Assembly: GCA_951406725.2 (NCBI GenBank)
Contig: OX597820.1
Coordinates: 49,724,001-49,788,000, forward strand
Origin: Octopus vulgaris
Taxonomy: Eukaryota
Direction: 5' to 3'
DNA length: 64,000 bases
Below the pieces are notes generated by a model, which was given only the letters and a program-made list of their open reading frames with translations, made no database searches and was not told the DNA's origin. Position numbers and translations under genes: made by a program. Positions 43,582-58,226 of this stretch are shown piece after piece (position 1 is the first letter of the stretch; the number at the start of each line of letters is the position of its first letter).

Positions 43582-43636
43582 GGAGATAGATTCTACAAGT
43601 TATTTTTTCGTTCTCTCACTGTTTATTTTCTCTTAT

Positions 43637-43675
43637 TCCTTTCTGTTGAAGAGCGTAGGCTCGAAACTTAAAGGA
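43637..43675 (+). ncRNA. Degenerate minimal hammerhead-like motif
   Basis: TCCTTT-CTGTTGA-A-GAGC(GTAG)GCTC-GAAAC-TT-AAAGGA. Stems I and II pair, but the core has A6>U and stem III is incomplete. Confidence 0.45.
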
Positions 43676-45089
43676 CGTTTTCATTTTCCGAACGTCTGAC
43701 AAAATTGAAGTCAACAAGAGAGGACATATATTTTTTAATCACTTTCGACGCAACGTGGTTCTCCATATGTGCAGGAACATAACTATGCAGTTGATTCCCT
43801 GCATTATGAGATCTAGTTGTGTTTCCTCAGACAATATGTAAATATTACCTCCGTAATTTTAAAATCCTTTCTCTCTGTCGTGGCCTGAATTTAGTAGTAC
43901 TCATTTAGCTTATCAGGATGTTTTGTCGCACCCACATCTGCTATATTTTTCTCAGTTCTGCTAGTTGCTGCTCTCCTGTCATTATCGAACATCTTGGAAC
44001 TGTCTGAACTACTCGTACACTTGTGTGCAACTCATACACTCCTCTCCATACATTTTCTGCAACTTTGCCTAGGCCTCTGAGCAGGTAGCTCTTCGATAGC
44101 TTTCTTTGTCGTGGTCAATGCGACTATCACACGCTACACACCTTCCTTCCAAGCACTTTTGTAAACAGTGAAAGTGAGCTAGAACGTTGAAACTTAGTGT
44201 GCATACACAACAGACCTCAAGGTCAATCAGTGCCAACCGAATTTACTCTGCATGTTTTAGCTTCGTTACTATGGCTACAGTCCGAATACTTATTGATCAC
44301 ATTTCGTATGTATGCAGGTTCATCGTCGTCTACGTATTTGTGTATGAGAATATGAAATACAATAGCGTAACGTTTCAATAATTTAGTTGTCAGTGAGTTT
44401 ATCTGTCCAATACTTTGTTATCATTTATTCAGTTGTTTGTATTTTTAATTAGCCGATTCTCTGCATTTGCTTGTATTTGATGTGTAGTTTTTTCAAAACC
44501 TCAGTGGTAAAGTGGAAAAAACTAGGAATTTCGGTGCTATTTCTTGCGCATAAGACTATATGTTCACACAGTGGAATCTGTTTTGTATTACAATCGGGTA
44601 CATGTTGGTATTGAATAGTTAATCTACTTCTCAAGGTATGCCTCGTTTGTCGTATGTAATCTTCGTTCAATCCAGTATATTTAATATTAGGAAATTTCTG
44701 TATGTGTCCAGTACGTACTGTAAATTAAAATTAAATTGAATTACATTTTAAATCAAATCAACTTAAATTTAATCAACTTCAAATTTAACTTAAATCTAAG
44801 ACCTAATTTAAACTATTGGAAGTACTTCCAATAACTTTGATATAGCTACAGCAAACAGTTTTCTCCATCTATATTAAGCTTACTTTTAGGGATTTGGGGA
44901 ATCTTGAAATTTTAATTTTAGGGATTTGAGTTTTCGCTTGCTTTTCATTTTTTGGTAAATCTCGTGTGTATGTATGTATACATGTAAGTCTGTCTGCCTA
45001 TCTGCATGTATGTTTGTATGTATGCATGTATCTGTCCGCTTGTCTGTCTACCTATATGTATGTATTTATGTATGCATGTATTATATGTT

Positions 45090-45180
<91 letters not shown>

Positions 45181-45304
45181 GTGTGTGTGACTGTGTGTGT
45201 ACTCATGTATATATGTATATGTAGGAATTTTAAGTTTAGGGATTTGAGTTTTCGTTTGCTTTTGTATGTATGTATGTATGTATGTATTTATGTGTAAGTC
45301 TCTT

Positions 45305-45685
45305 CTATTTTTTATTATTATAAATCTTCCACAGAGGAGGGAGCCAGTTTCCAACAAAGATACAAGGCTCCATCTTTGGGATGTAGTTAACACAGACAAA
45401 TTTACGTTTGGAACTTGAGAAATCTCTTCCATATTTCTAGTGTTCCATTCACAGACAGCGCTTGTAATGTATGAATTAGCCAGTCGATTTCTCTTTCTGA
45501 AAATCTCAGTTCATCCAGATTCTCCTTTAATCATTTACTAACAAAAATTATTATCGGTATGGATATGATTTTATAGTCTGGGTATACAAGCTGGAGTTTT
45601 CGAAGCAATTGTCTGTAGATATCCTCTTTTTCTTTGATTTTCAAAGAGATATTTATGTGTACAGGGCAGCTGACTTCTATGATGT
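45305..45685 (-). mobile_element. 3' fragment of an RLE-bearing non-LTR retrotransposon
   Basis: ORF 45531-45719 reads IIEVSCP.HINISLKIKEKEDIYRQL..YPDYKIISIPIII, the endonuclease end typical of R2/R4/CRE-type elements. Flanked by (TACA)n. Confidence 0.55.
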
Positions 45686-45770
45686 CTGTCTGTATGAACG
45701 TATGCATATATGTATACATATATGTATATATGTTTATATATATATATGCATATGTATATATGTGTGTGTA

Positions 45771-45821
<51 letters not shown>

Positions 45822-46060
45822 ATGTGTGTTTGTGTGTGCATATATATATGTATGTATGTATGTGTATGTGTGTGTATGTGTGCGTGTGTGTATTTTAGAA
45901 ACCGTGCGAGTCAGGGATGGAAAATAAGCGAAATTTGGGTCAGTTCTAGTATTTACTGAGTATGCTCAGAGCGTCCTTTGCTGGTATCTGACGCGGAAGA
46001 CAGCTAATAAGCGAGAAATGCACGCGTCAGTCCACATAATATAGACTGTTTAGATTCAAA

Positions 46061-46123
<63 letters not shown>

Positions 46124-46854
46124 ACACACACAGAGTCACACACACAAACATACACACACATATGTATACTGATAATATTTTCCGGAGAATCAACTTTCAC
46201 TCAGGTCAACAGGAAAATTCAGATGAAACACAGTTATACTCTAAATTATGTATTGAGTACTCTCATCTTCTTTCGTTGACGAAAGTAACATTTAAATACG
46301 TACGTGCGTGTACGTGCATGTGTGCGTGTGTGTGTTAGTCAGTTTGTGGGTGTGTGAACATGTAACTGTAGAACGTGGTGTTCTACGGCTTTCGCCACTC
46401 CACTGATACCCCAGTGTAATATAATAAAAAGTTCATTACGAAATACAATATATTAACAATTGTTGCATGATCAACCATATCATTGCTAACAATAATATCA
46501 ATAACAAAAACTTTATTACAACCGGAGCAGCAACAGGACCAACAATATCATAACACACCACCGCAAAATACAAAACCACCACCACCACCACTACTAATGC
46601 CGTCTTTGCAGCCGACGCCGCCACCTCCGCTGACACCACCACTTTCACCTTGTCTCCATATCTGGTCTTTTCAGCTATGTTAATCAACACCAAGTGGACA
46701 TTCGACAAGTAATATATCCGTTGGTGTGCACGCATAAGAATGTATACGTGCGAATATCAATGTGTATATCAACATTGGTATATATTTGTGTACTTTAGTG
46801 TATTTTTAAGTGCTTATATATGTAGTATTTCAATGTGCGTGAATGTATGCCTCC

Positions 46855-46962
<108 letters not shown>

Positions 46963-47028
46963 ATGCATGTATGTATATATATATGTATATATATATAATT
47001 ACATATATATGTATATGTATATATATAT

Positions 47029-47240
47029 ATTAACAATTAAGGAACGGCCATAATAGGCCATTCACCCACTAGAAATAACAGCCTAAGCTTCTACCGCAAA
47101 TAAAGATCAATTTTTTTAATTTTTTTTTAATTTTTTTAATTTTCTCCTGTTTACGGAATTGATCTTTATTTGCGGTAGAAGCTTTGGCTGTTATTTCTAG
47201 TGGGTGAATGGCCTATTATGGCCGTTCCTTAATTGTTAAT
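47029..47240. repeat. Inverted repeat with 84-bp arms starting at a (TA)n tract
   Basis: 47029-47112 is the reverse complement of 47157-47240, with one mismatch seen. Confidence 0.9.
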
Positions 47241-47401
47241 GTTGAACTTAAAAATGGTCTATGACTATTTAATTTTTTCCCACTGGGCCGCTGGTGGCAA
47301 AAAAATTCTACAAAATTTTCCTTGCCACCCTATATTGATTAATGTATATATATATATATATGTTTGTGCGTGCATATATACATATATACGTATATACATT
47401 C

Positions 47402-47447
<46 letters not shown>

Positions 47448-47705
47448 GCACACACATATAAATGTGTATATATATATATATACAGACACGCACACGCACA
47501 CATATTCAGGCGACTTACACATGCAATTATACATCTATCCATGCAGAATATGTAGGTGCGTATTGCGTAGATGTGTTTGTGTGTACATGTGTATACATGT
47601 ATTTACATATGTATATTTGCGCAGAGTATGTTTACGTTGCGCAAGCTTTGCCTCTCTGTCTGTCTATATCTCACATTCACACGCTCCTATATACATGTCT
47701 GTCTG

Positions 47706-47832
<127 letters not shown>

Positions 47833-48288
47833 GAGAGTAGAGAGGCAAGTTTTGTCTAGTGAATGTTTTAAAAAAAGATAGGTGAATGTAGCAAGGATGG
47901 CACGTATGAATGACGAAGCCACCTTGACCATGATCCTATGAACCGTAAAAATTAATACAGAGAGTTGCTTATTTGGAAAAAAATATAACATGTGACTTCA
48001 TTGACCGAGGTTACCGTGGTCTTTTTCGTAGGCTTTTCTTTCCACGGGTAAACCTCACCTGCCGTCCCCTTTACACTTTATACTGACATTTCTGTGATAA
48101 CGATCCCTATTGATCGATTTTTTTTCTTTTTCCTTTTATCCTCCCCCCTTTTTTTTTTTTGCTTTCCTCTTTCTTTCCTATTACGATCCCATTTGATCGA
48201 ACCCCCCCCTTTTTATCCTCAAAAAGAAAAGCTCTACTTTGTAATTTGTCCCGTCTGTGTGCAGCCCTTTGTGGCTAATAAAGAAACA

Positions 48289-48371
<83 letters not shown>

Positions 48372-49031
48372 CTACATATGAATATATGCAACAATTTTTA
48401 TAATTATGAGTATAATTTGCTTCACCACATACCGAAATTTAGATGTAGCAGTCAAAACTAGCTATTTCTCTACCATAAGAAAATCTCCCAGAAAACAATA
48501 CTCAACAACCCACGTAGGCAAAGAGAAAAAATAACGAATTCACTCGGCTTTGATAGATATATGCATGTATGTATGTACGTACGTATGAATGTATGTGTGT
48601 ATGTATGTATATATGCATGTTTGTGCATGTGTACGTGTGTTGCCTGTGTTTGTGTGTGTGTGTGTGAGTGAGTGAAAGAGAGAGAGAGAGAGAGAGAGAG
48701 CATGTGGCAAGTGATTTTAACTGTTGGTTTCTCTCTCTCGAGGTCATGGTTTCAATCGTTAGCCCGTGTGTTCCGTTGTGTTCCTTAGCAAAACCTTTAA
48801 TATCACCTTCCTCTGTTATCACTTCAACAGCTGACGAGTAACACTCCGTACATATGTTCAGATGGTGTCCGTTTGGTAGTGGGAATATGCTAATGTGCAG
48901 TGAATACATTTGATCACTATAAAATCGTGATCTGCGCCGGATGTTCAGCGAGAAATTGCAGATCTGTTTTCCTTGGACTACGAGAAGCTACCGTGTGTAT
49001 GCATGTCTGTGCGAGTTTTTTTTTACATTTA

Positions 49032-49072
<41 letters not shown>

Positions 49073-49284
49073 TTTTACTTGTTTCAGTCATTTGATTACA
49101 GCCATGCTGGAGTACCGCCTTAACGAGTGTTTTATTCGAAGAAATCGAGCCAAGTACTTATTCTACAGGTCTCTTTTGCTGATCATAAACACAGCAACAT
49201 CGGTGTGGGGAGACAATCCGGGACAGACACACATAAATACATACACACACGCGCGCGTACATGTGCGAACGCATTCGCATCATA

Positions 49285-49845
49285 CACTTGCGTCGGAAAT
49301 TAATTAGCACTTCTCAAATTTCTACATTGTCTTACATTTTCTTAATTTAATTAACTTATTATCAGAAATGAACTCGTTTTTAATCAAAAATTTATTAAAA
49401 CATATCCCAGCACACCACATATTTGTTATTAATCGTGAAATTTAGTCAATATCTTGTTGCTCCTCCTTTGGCAGCAATGACAGCTGCTACGCGGGTCGGC
49501 ATGCTGTCTATGAGTGCCTGCAGGTACTGTGCAGGGATGGCCCCTCATGCAGCAAGAAGTGCCCCAAACAGCTCGTGTCGCTTCCTGTATTGCTGCACAT
49601 TCAAATACCTACCCAATCGACTCCAGAGGTTCTCAATAGGGTTCAGGTCAGGTGACTGGCCAGCACGTACTCCTCGCCACCAAAGAGGTATCCCGTACTA
49701 TCTCAAAGTACTTTGCTGCGTTGATGTTGCCTTCGACGGCATAGAGCCGCCCAACACCACTGTAGCTGAACGCCCCTCACACCATCAGACCACCATGCTT
49801 CATGGTGAGCAAATCAAGGGTGCTAATTAATTTCTGACGGTAGTG
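49285..49845 (-). mobile_element. Tc1-family deletion derivative
   Basis: TIRs CACTTGCGTCGGAAATTAATTAGCAC / GTGCTAATTAATTTCTGACGGTAGTG with TA flanks. The minus strand reads QSPDLNPIENLW and DSMPTRVAAVIAAKGGATRY*. Confidence 0.88.
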
Positions 49846-49847
49846 TA

Positions 49848-49881
<34 letters not shown>

Positions 49882-50463
49882 CAAAATTAAGAGGAATGAC
49901 CCCCAAAGTGGACTCCTAATAAGTACTGTCAGGTGATGACAAAGGTTTTCAGAGGTTGGTGAAAAAGAATGTCGGAGGTTGTCTAGAGAGGTTGTCGCGA
50001 GAGTTTTTCGGAGGTTGGCGAAAGAGGTTGTCGTTCACAGAAAAACTATCGTTTTAACGTGAGAATCAAATATTGATAGCTTCGCTAAAAAACTGCAGGT
50101 TGTAGGGGTTATTTCCCTTGGGTTGTTTAAATAAAATATTAGTAATATGTTGTTTTTATTTTTATTTTTGTTTTTGTTTTTTGTATTTATATTCGTGTGG
50201 CTTCGTCCGTTTTTCTGTCCTTGTTTCGTTTACATTCGCTCCTTTTTCCAAGAAATTTAATGCTCGCAGCTTAGTTTTTCATTGGGGCTGGCCCTGTCGG
50301 AGCAATATCAGGATTAATCAGCCGAAATTTGCTATGATGATCCGGTTTCTGACTGAAGATTAAAGGCTTCGAATGACCCGTCCGTTTTTTGTGTTCGTCC
50401 CTTTGTGTATTTCACGTTCTTGTTTCTTTATATATAATTTTTATACCTATATAATATATATAC

Positions 50464-50506
<43 letters not shown>

Positions 50507-51458
50507 CGCGAGCAAGTATGGGTGTGTGTGTAGAAAATCCGCTTCACAACATGATTTTGAGCCCAATACTGCAACGTGACGTTTTGTTTGAGAAAACTCC
50601 AGTGATAACCCAAGAACATTGAGGTACCTATCTCCCTTCACAATTCTCTCTCTTCCCACCTCTCTCTTTCTTTCCACCTCTCGCTCCCCCTACATCTCCC
50701 CACCTCTCACTTTCTCTCTACCTTACGAAAAACAAATGCGTACCGTGGTTCGAATTATTTGCTGGAAAGCCAACACTTTATGTTTCCTCGAAGAAAACGT
50801 AACGGATCTGCAGTGCGGTTTGGTTAGATAATCCGTCAAAATTATCTGCGATTTGTTTGGAAAGAAAGTGTAGACATAAAAAAATGAGTAGTGGTGAATA
50901 AGTCGGTGGTTGTACATCATACATGTTCCCATGAGGAGTAACCGTGCTACATGAAGAAGAAAATGTAAAAAGCACGTTATATTTGGACGTTAGTGAAAGC
51001 AGTCAGTGTGAAGTCTAAATTACCAATCGCTTCTGTTGTTCGTAGACAAGGATTTTTTTTCTTTTTTCTTTTTTTTCTTTTTGAGTGGCATCGACTCCGA
51101 AGCCAAATTACCGAGAAGTCGTTTAATACTAGTCAAATACATGTGTTGGTGTGTTTCTTAGTAATGACGCGAAGGTGCTAAAAAAAAGCGAATTTTGCAC
51201 AGGTAGAATCTTGCTTTCAAATACGACACTGTAAACTTTTCAGTGACAATGGTTTATGGAAACCTTATGATCTTTGGCGCTTCTAAAGGACAACAGTGTC
51301 TGTTTCACAGATTCCAATGCGTGGTTAAGGTTCCACCATTATAGTACCAAATTGCATTTGTTCCTCCCCATTTACATCTTTTTTAGTGCCTTTTATTCCT
51401 TATGCACAAACACAAACATGTATATATGTAGGTGTTTACACCCCACGCGAACCACGCC

Positions 51459-51536
<78 letters not shown>

Positions 51537-51658
51537 GTGTGTCTGCGTACAGATATACATATATATATATGTACATATATATATATGTATGTTTGTGTAT
51601 GCATATATATATACATATATATATATATATGTACATATGTATATACATATATATATAT

Positions 51659-51723
<65 letters not shown>

Positions 51724-52449
51724 CATACATTTATATATATGTATATATATATATATATAGAGAGAGAGAGACAGAGACAGAGAGAGAGAGAGATGTTTGT
51801 AAATATATGTAAGCATGCATTCACTCACACGTGTAGGTGTATTTTCGCAACGTATTTTAGAGTTTTATTATTAGAGTTTTATGTGAGGAAACACCTGCCA
51901 CCAGTCTGTATTATAAATGTTTGCCGAGTTGAGGAGAAAATATATTTAAACACCTTTTACTGGAAATAGATATCAAAAGGCTAAGATATCTTCTTTTGTT
52001 AAGAACACTAGAATTATGAACTGAAGTCGTATAACTACAGTTACAAGTCAAAGATTTTCCTGTGTAACAGTCTTTGAGGGCTTTCATACACTACTGGTGT
52101 ATGCCTGATAATGATTTAATATTGTGTTCCGGTACGTGTACCTGTTTCGCTTCAGGTAAATCAGGGTTGTTGCAACTTTTGATAAAAGACGTTCTAGTCC
52201 TGAAATACTTAATTCCTGTTCTTTTATCTTTTTGTGTGTGTGTTTTTTAGCAACAGGATATCTTTTAGAATGTATCCCTTTTCTTAGGCGATATGTTGTG
52301 ATATAAAGGAAAAGTAGTTGCTTATTCTATGTGGCCAAACAAAGGTATAACAGCTGCATTGCTATTGTTGTTTAATCCGAACTTTCCGCTGTCATTGATT
52401 CATAAGGTCTGAGATCAGTGATTTCCATAGACGTAATAGATATAGATAC

Positions 52450-52509
<60 letters not shown>

Positions 52510-53819
52510 GCACATACACACATGCACACATACAGACATACACACACACATATATATGCGCGCGTGTGTGTGTGTATATATATAGACAGATTAATACATA
52601 GATAGGTTGGTAGGTAGATAAGTAGGTAGGTAGGTAGGTAGGTAGAGTGGGTAGGTAGGTAGGTAGGTAGGTAGGTAGGTAGGTAGATAGATGGGTGGGT
52701 ATATGTGTATGTAGGTAAGTAGATAGATACGTGGATTTGTAGGCAGGTAAATATGCAGCAAAACGTCCATAAATTATAAACTCTTAAAGAAGTATAGATA
52801 TTACCAGAATTAGAATTCCAATGAAGGTCAATGACGCAATATCCATGTATGTTATATTGTATACAACATAACTACCGCAAGCTAAGAAAGAAGATCTCCC
52901 TAAACAAATTCAACCCAGCAAGAACTCGAATCTCAAAGTAAGGACCATTTAGAAATCACGGAAATACAAATTGCAAAAATGTTCACGGTCGACAACTTGT
53001 GCAAATACATAACCATATCAAACATATACATACCATCTTCAGCTGCCTAACGGATATCATTGTCATTTCGACACTTGGGCTGTAATATTTAATTCGACGG
53101 CGACCGCAGCATTAAAATATAAATCAGTATGAAAACTAGCAGACATGGAACAGGGGTCAACTGTTAGTGCAATATATATACATTATGTCTAAACTTGATT
53201 ATCATTACAAAAGCACAAAAGCAAATATCAAATCTCAAAGCGTCATACATGAAAACTGCATTGTCATCCGAAGAACAATAGAACGTTAAAAAGGTCATAA
53301 AATGTTAAAATGTATAAGCGAACTAAACGCATTGAAAAGAAGTTATTGAATACAGACGAAAACACTCGTTGCAAATACATAAAACTAGAAGTAATAATAA
53401 CCTAAGATATAATGAACCTAGAACTGTAAACGTTAATTAAAGATTGTAAACCGCTAGACATTTCTACTTAACAGACTATAAAATATATCTAAAACACGTA
53501 AACATAATTAAACGAAACATAATTAAAACAAAATACAATTAAAACGAAAAAGACGTGCACTGAATGAATAACATCATTTTAACTATCAGACATCAGTCGT
53601 TGTTAAACAGTACGAATAAGTTTGAGGTGTGTTCGAACCCATAAGAAAACAATTCACAGTATTTTGTCTTGGAGAAAGTAACTCCCTGTAAACAAATATG
53701 TGTAACTAAACCGAGTCAATTTACAGGCTCCCCAAATCAGACTGTTCTTTCTAAGATTTTACTTTTTCGGGCAAGAAACAGAATAACACAAGATAACAGA
53801 ATAACAGACTGGAATTGAA

Positions 53820-55005
53820 TACTTTTTCTTTATAAAATGTTCTGGCACTAGGAAGGCTATTTTTGTGTTGAGGAAGGATGATACAGCAGGCTTTGGAGAT
53901 GCAAGAAGACGTCTACATGTGTTTCTTAGATTACCCAAAGGCCTTTAACAAAGTAAGACATGAAATGTCATTTCAAGAACTCAGTATCCTTTACCTGCGT
54001 GAGTTAGACCTCCGAATCTTTCAGAGTCTGTTTTGGAGGAACCAATCAGCGTGGATAAAGCTGGATGTAGAATGCAGTTAACACACTTGCATCAGGAGAG
54101 GGGGGAGATAAGGTTGCGCTATGTCACCAGATCTCTTCAATTGTTAGAGCGAATTTATCATAGGAGAACTGTAAAAGTAAATGGGTCTTAGAGTAGCGGG
54201 CGGAAACATCACAAACATAAGATGTGCAGATGATACAGTCTTACTTGCAGATTAAGAAGATGTACTTCAGAGACTTCTGGATGTAGTGATCATAGACAAT
54301 GAGTGGCGGGGTCTGTTCATAAATTGCAATAAGATAGTGTGTATGGTAGTAAATAAGAAGGGAAATCCAATGTGCATACTTAAAGTGAACGATCAAATCA
54401 TTCGGCAAATATTATCATTTACTTACAATGGAACTTTGATCACAAAAGGCGCAGATGTGTGAAGGAGATCAAAAGACGAACAATGCTAGCAAAATCTGCA
54501 TTACTAAAAATTGATTAACACCTTCAGATGTTTTCTGGGTATTTAGACAACGATCTCTATGTTGAACTACTATGTCTACCCTGTGTTGATTTATGGAAGT
54601 GAGACATGATCTATAATATCAGGGTAAAGAAAGTTCTTGGAGAGCTGTGAAATCTGGTTCTTACTGAGAACATTGAGGATAGCATAAACAGACTAAGTGC
54701 CTAATGAAGAAGTGATGACCTGGACTGCAATTATAGGAAACTGCTTCGTGAGATAAGGGCCAAAAAACTGAGATGTCTTGTTCATATTATAAGGAAAGAG
54801 GGCCTGGAGAACTTAGCTATCACCGGACAGACTGAAGGGGGGAAAAGCAGAGGAAGAAGAAGGATGATAATCTTGCTGAACAGCTTGGAAGAAAGAGCTA
54901 GTAAACACCAGGAACCGTTACAGAAAACAAAGAGCTGAGTATTGTGGCAGGGCATGATCGCCTATGTCCGATATTCTGGATATGGCGCCTAAAAAGAAAG
55001 AATAA
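53820..55005 (+). mobile_element. Degenerate RTE-clade LINE (RT and 3' end)
   Basis: VYMCFLDYPKAFNKVRH, IRRG.R.GCAMSPDLFN and ITNIRCADDTVLLAD, with a C-terminal EG.KSRGRRR. Many stops. Confidence 0.85.
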
Positions 55006-55084
55006 TAACATATATAAAATAGTGTCGTATAATATATAAGAATATAAGTATAAAGATTATATATACAGTTCTACATTTAAGAGA

Positions 55085-56256
55085 TCAACACCACCAAAAC
55101 TAACACTATGGCTGCGATATGTTGATGACACCTTCATACACTGGCCCCACCAGGAAGATGTCCAAGTGCTGTTAGATCATGTGAACTCAATAAAACCAAC
55201 CATAGAGTTAACTATGGAAAAATAAATAGACGATCAGCTACCATTCCTGGACGTATTAATAACACGCACTAAGTATGGATTCAGGACATCCGTATACCGC
55301 AAGCCGACCTTCACTGGATGATGCCTTAACTTCAACTCCCACCATCCATAGTGTAAAGAGAGGGATTGCTCAGTGTCTAAAACATCGAGCAATGAATATA
55401 AGTAGCGATCGTGATACTAACCACGAAGAAAAGATAAAGCACAGTAACAATCTATTAAGCAACAACCACCCCAAAAGTATACTCTCCACTCGAATTAGGA
55501 AGAAAAGAGAGGATGAAACCGATAAACTGTCCACAGTCTGTCTACCCTATGTGGAAGGCCTCTCCAAAAAGATACAAAAGATATGCAGCCCATATGATAT
55601 CAGGTCAGTATTCAAAAGTAATACAACACTTCGCAAATATCTCCTTCTAGTAAACTAACAATATAAGAGAACATGACTAAGAACTGCGTGTACTCCATCC
55701 CATGCAGCTGTGGTAGGTTATACAAAGGCGAAACATGCCACCCCCACAAAATAAGGGTAGAGCAACATCGCAAAGCTGTGACACGAAGAGATATTGATAA
55801 ATTGAGTATAGCAGTTCATCCCTTGTGGGATGAAGTTAAAATAAAGTAATGAGAACACTACTGGAAAATGCGAAAACTAAAAGAAGCAGCACACATGCTA
55901 TGACACAGTAGCCTCCTAAGCAGGCTGAGTGCGGATATGAATAGCATACGGAAACTGGTATTAAGGAAGGATAGGAGAATATTAGATTTATAAGCCCTAA
56001 AATTAGCTCCAGAATTGCCCACGAGCATATGGCGTAGTGGTTAAGAGCGCGGGCTCCTGATTCCGAGTTCGATTAATATTTTATTATTATTATTAATAAT
56101 AATGATAACAACAACTTCGAAAAATACCTTAGGAATGAGAACCCAGGTTCAAAATTTCCCCAAGACACCTGATGAAGGCTGGAGGGTATATCAGCCGAAA
56201 CGTTGTGTTAACAACAAACAATATGAGGACACATATTCGTCAATTGTAAATAATGT
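55085..56256 (+). mobile_element. 5'-truncated Penelope-like element (RT C-terminus, GIY-YIG, pLTR)
   Basis: LWLRYVDDTF, LTMEK..DQLPFLDVLI, VYRKPTFTG..NSHHP, VCLPYVEGLS, NCVYSIPCSCGRLYKGET. A hammerhead lies downstream. Confidence 0.9.
56164..56209 (+). ncRNA. Minimal type I hammerhead in the PLE pLTR
   Basis: GACAC-CTGATGA-A-GGCTG(GAGGGTATAT)CAGCC-GAA-ACGT-T|GTGTT. The palindromic ACGT stem III is the dimer-type form described for PLEs. Confidence 0.8.
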
Positions 56257-56310
56257 ATGTATATATGTGTGTGTGTGTTTACGTACATACATATATAAAT
56301 ATATATTATG

Positions 56311-56367
<57 letters not shown>

Positions 56368-56520
56368 AAATGAGAAAATGGAGAAACATACCTAAATCAA
56401 TCATCAACCATCAGATAATACCCACTCAATACTTTATTAAACCATTACACAACAGCAATGACATTATACATAATATATTACAAATATAACTAGACATAGA
56501 AATAGAAATAGAAAATACAA

Positions 56521-56652
56521 TTACATTGTAGCTGACAGCCGTTTCGGCCGTGAAGACATGTATGTCCCATTTAACCTATCAGCCATATAAAGCAGGTATA
56601 AATGAGACATTAACAAGAATGTCTCACGGTCTCTTCAGAGAATTTAATGTAA
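56521..56652 (-). ncRNA. Type I hammerhead with a long stem II
   Basis: Minus strand: TTACATT..CT-CTGAAGA-GACCGTGAGACAT...ATGTCTTCACGGCC-GAAAC-GGCT-GTC|AG..AATGTAA. Confidence 0.7.
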
Positions 56653-57314
56653 GTATGAAAAAAAATTACATATAAATATAAAAATGTGTGCATAGACACT
56701 CATAATTCTACACAATAATACAATATAAACAATATATATCAATATACATTAACAAACACAATAATGTTCCATATTGAACTCATAGTTCTATATCCAACAT
56801 CAAGGAAATACATGTACACTCATATTTAAATTTAAAGCAGGCGTATATATTTAACAGTCCAGTCTATTAAAATGTATAACCACACAAAAGTCAATAAAAT
56901 TAATATTAATATTAATAATAATAATAATAATAATAACAACCATGATTGTACCATGTAAAGCAAGCGGACATCTATGTCATAATTATTACTAGAGAGTATA
57001 TGGAGACTGGTATATCCTCAAAATTTCTTTCCTTTTATTTTACGGTATATCATACACCATTTTTAATGGTTACGACGAACAATAAAATATGCTGCATGAC
57101 ATACCGTAAAATAAAAGGAAATAAATTTTGAGGATGCGCCAGTCTCCATATTCTCTGTCGTTATAATTATTGCAAGTATACAATCCTGGTGTAATACCAT
57201 CCAGAGAAGCGAACATGAAATTGCCTATCGGAGGAATATACGTTAAATAATAATCGTTGCGGTTAGCCTAAAAGAGCTACACCAGTATATGCCCGGATAA
57301 TATATCCCTCTAAA

Positions 57315-57547
57315 GGCGGCGAGCTGGCAGAAAGGTTAGCACGCTAGGCGAAATGCTTAGCAGTATTTCGTCTGTATTTACATTCTCAGTTCAAATTCTG
57401 CCGAGGTCGACTTTGCCTTTCATCCTTTCGGGCTCGATAAATTAAGTACCAGTTACGCACTGGGGTCGATGTAATCGACTTAATCCGTTTGTCTGTCCTT
57501 GTTTGTCCCCTCTATGTTTATCCCCCTGTGGGCAATAAAGAAATAAG
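57315..57547 (+). mobile_element. SINE family B, intact, with a 16-bp TSD
   Basis: AATATATCCCTCTAAA at 57299-57314 and 57548-57563. Confidence 0.9.
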
Positions 57548-58226
57548 AATATATCCCTCTAAACTCACATTAACACACAAACGCGCGGGCGCGCGCAACA
57601 CACATACATAATATTTCATGGCTAAATGGTTAGGGTGTTGTCCCAAGTTCGTGATTTCAATTCGTGGACTTAATGGTATGCTATGCTCTTCAGCGAAAAA
57701 CACCAATTCACGTTACACTGCAAGCGTTTCGGCCCCTGATATGTGGTACATCTTACACCTGTTCAGGCAACGTCTATTTGATGGAGAGAGGGAACTAATG
57801 TACAGCAGATACACTTGATCAATATAAACAAATCATTTCTCTATGTTGTACATAAAAATATTGCAGAACCATCTTTATCAGACTAGGAGAGATTATCATA
57901 ATCAGTATATATACGTATATGCATGTGTGTGTGAATGCAAGTGCGTGGTGTGTATGTGTATGTGTGTGTGTGACTGCGTCTGTGTGATATCTTGTTTCTT
58001 CGTGTGAATGCATGAAGCTTGAGTCTTCATCAGTGAGTCTAAGATTGACTCTCACTCTGGTGCAGGGTTAAGAATTTTGTTGGGGAGTATTTAGTCACTA
58101 GTCGATGTTTATATGCCCCAGTAAACAGCATCTATTAATTTTAATGATTGGAAAACGATGAACAGCAATGTCAACTTTGGTGAAATTTGAAGTCTGAAAT
58201 ATTCAAGCCTATAACTACATAATGTG

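Noticed and set aside
57985-58040. Minus-strand CTGATGA...GAAAC
   Set aside because: No complementary stem II or stem I was found.
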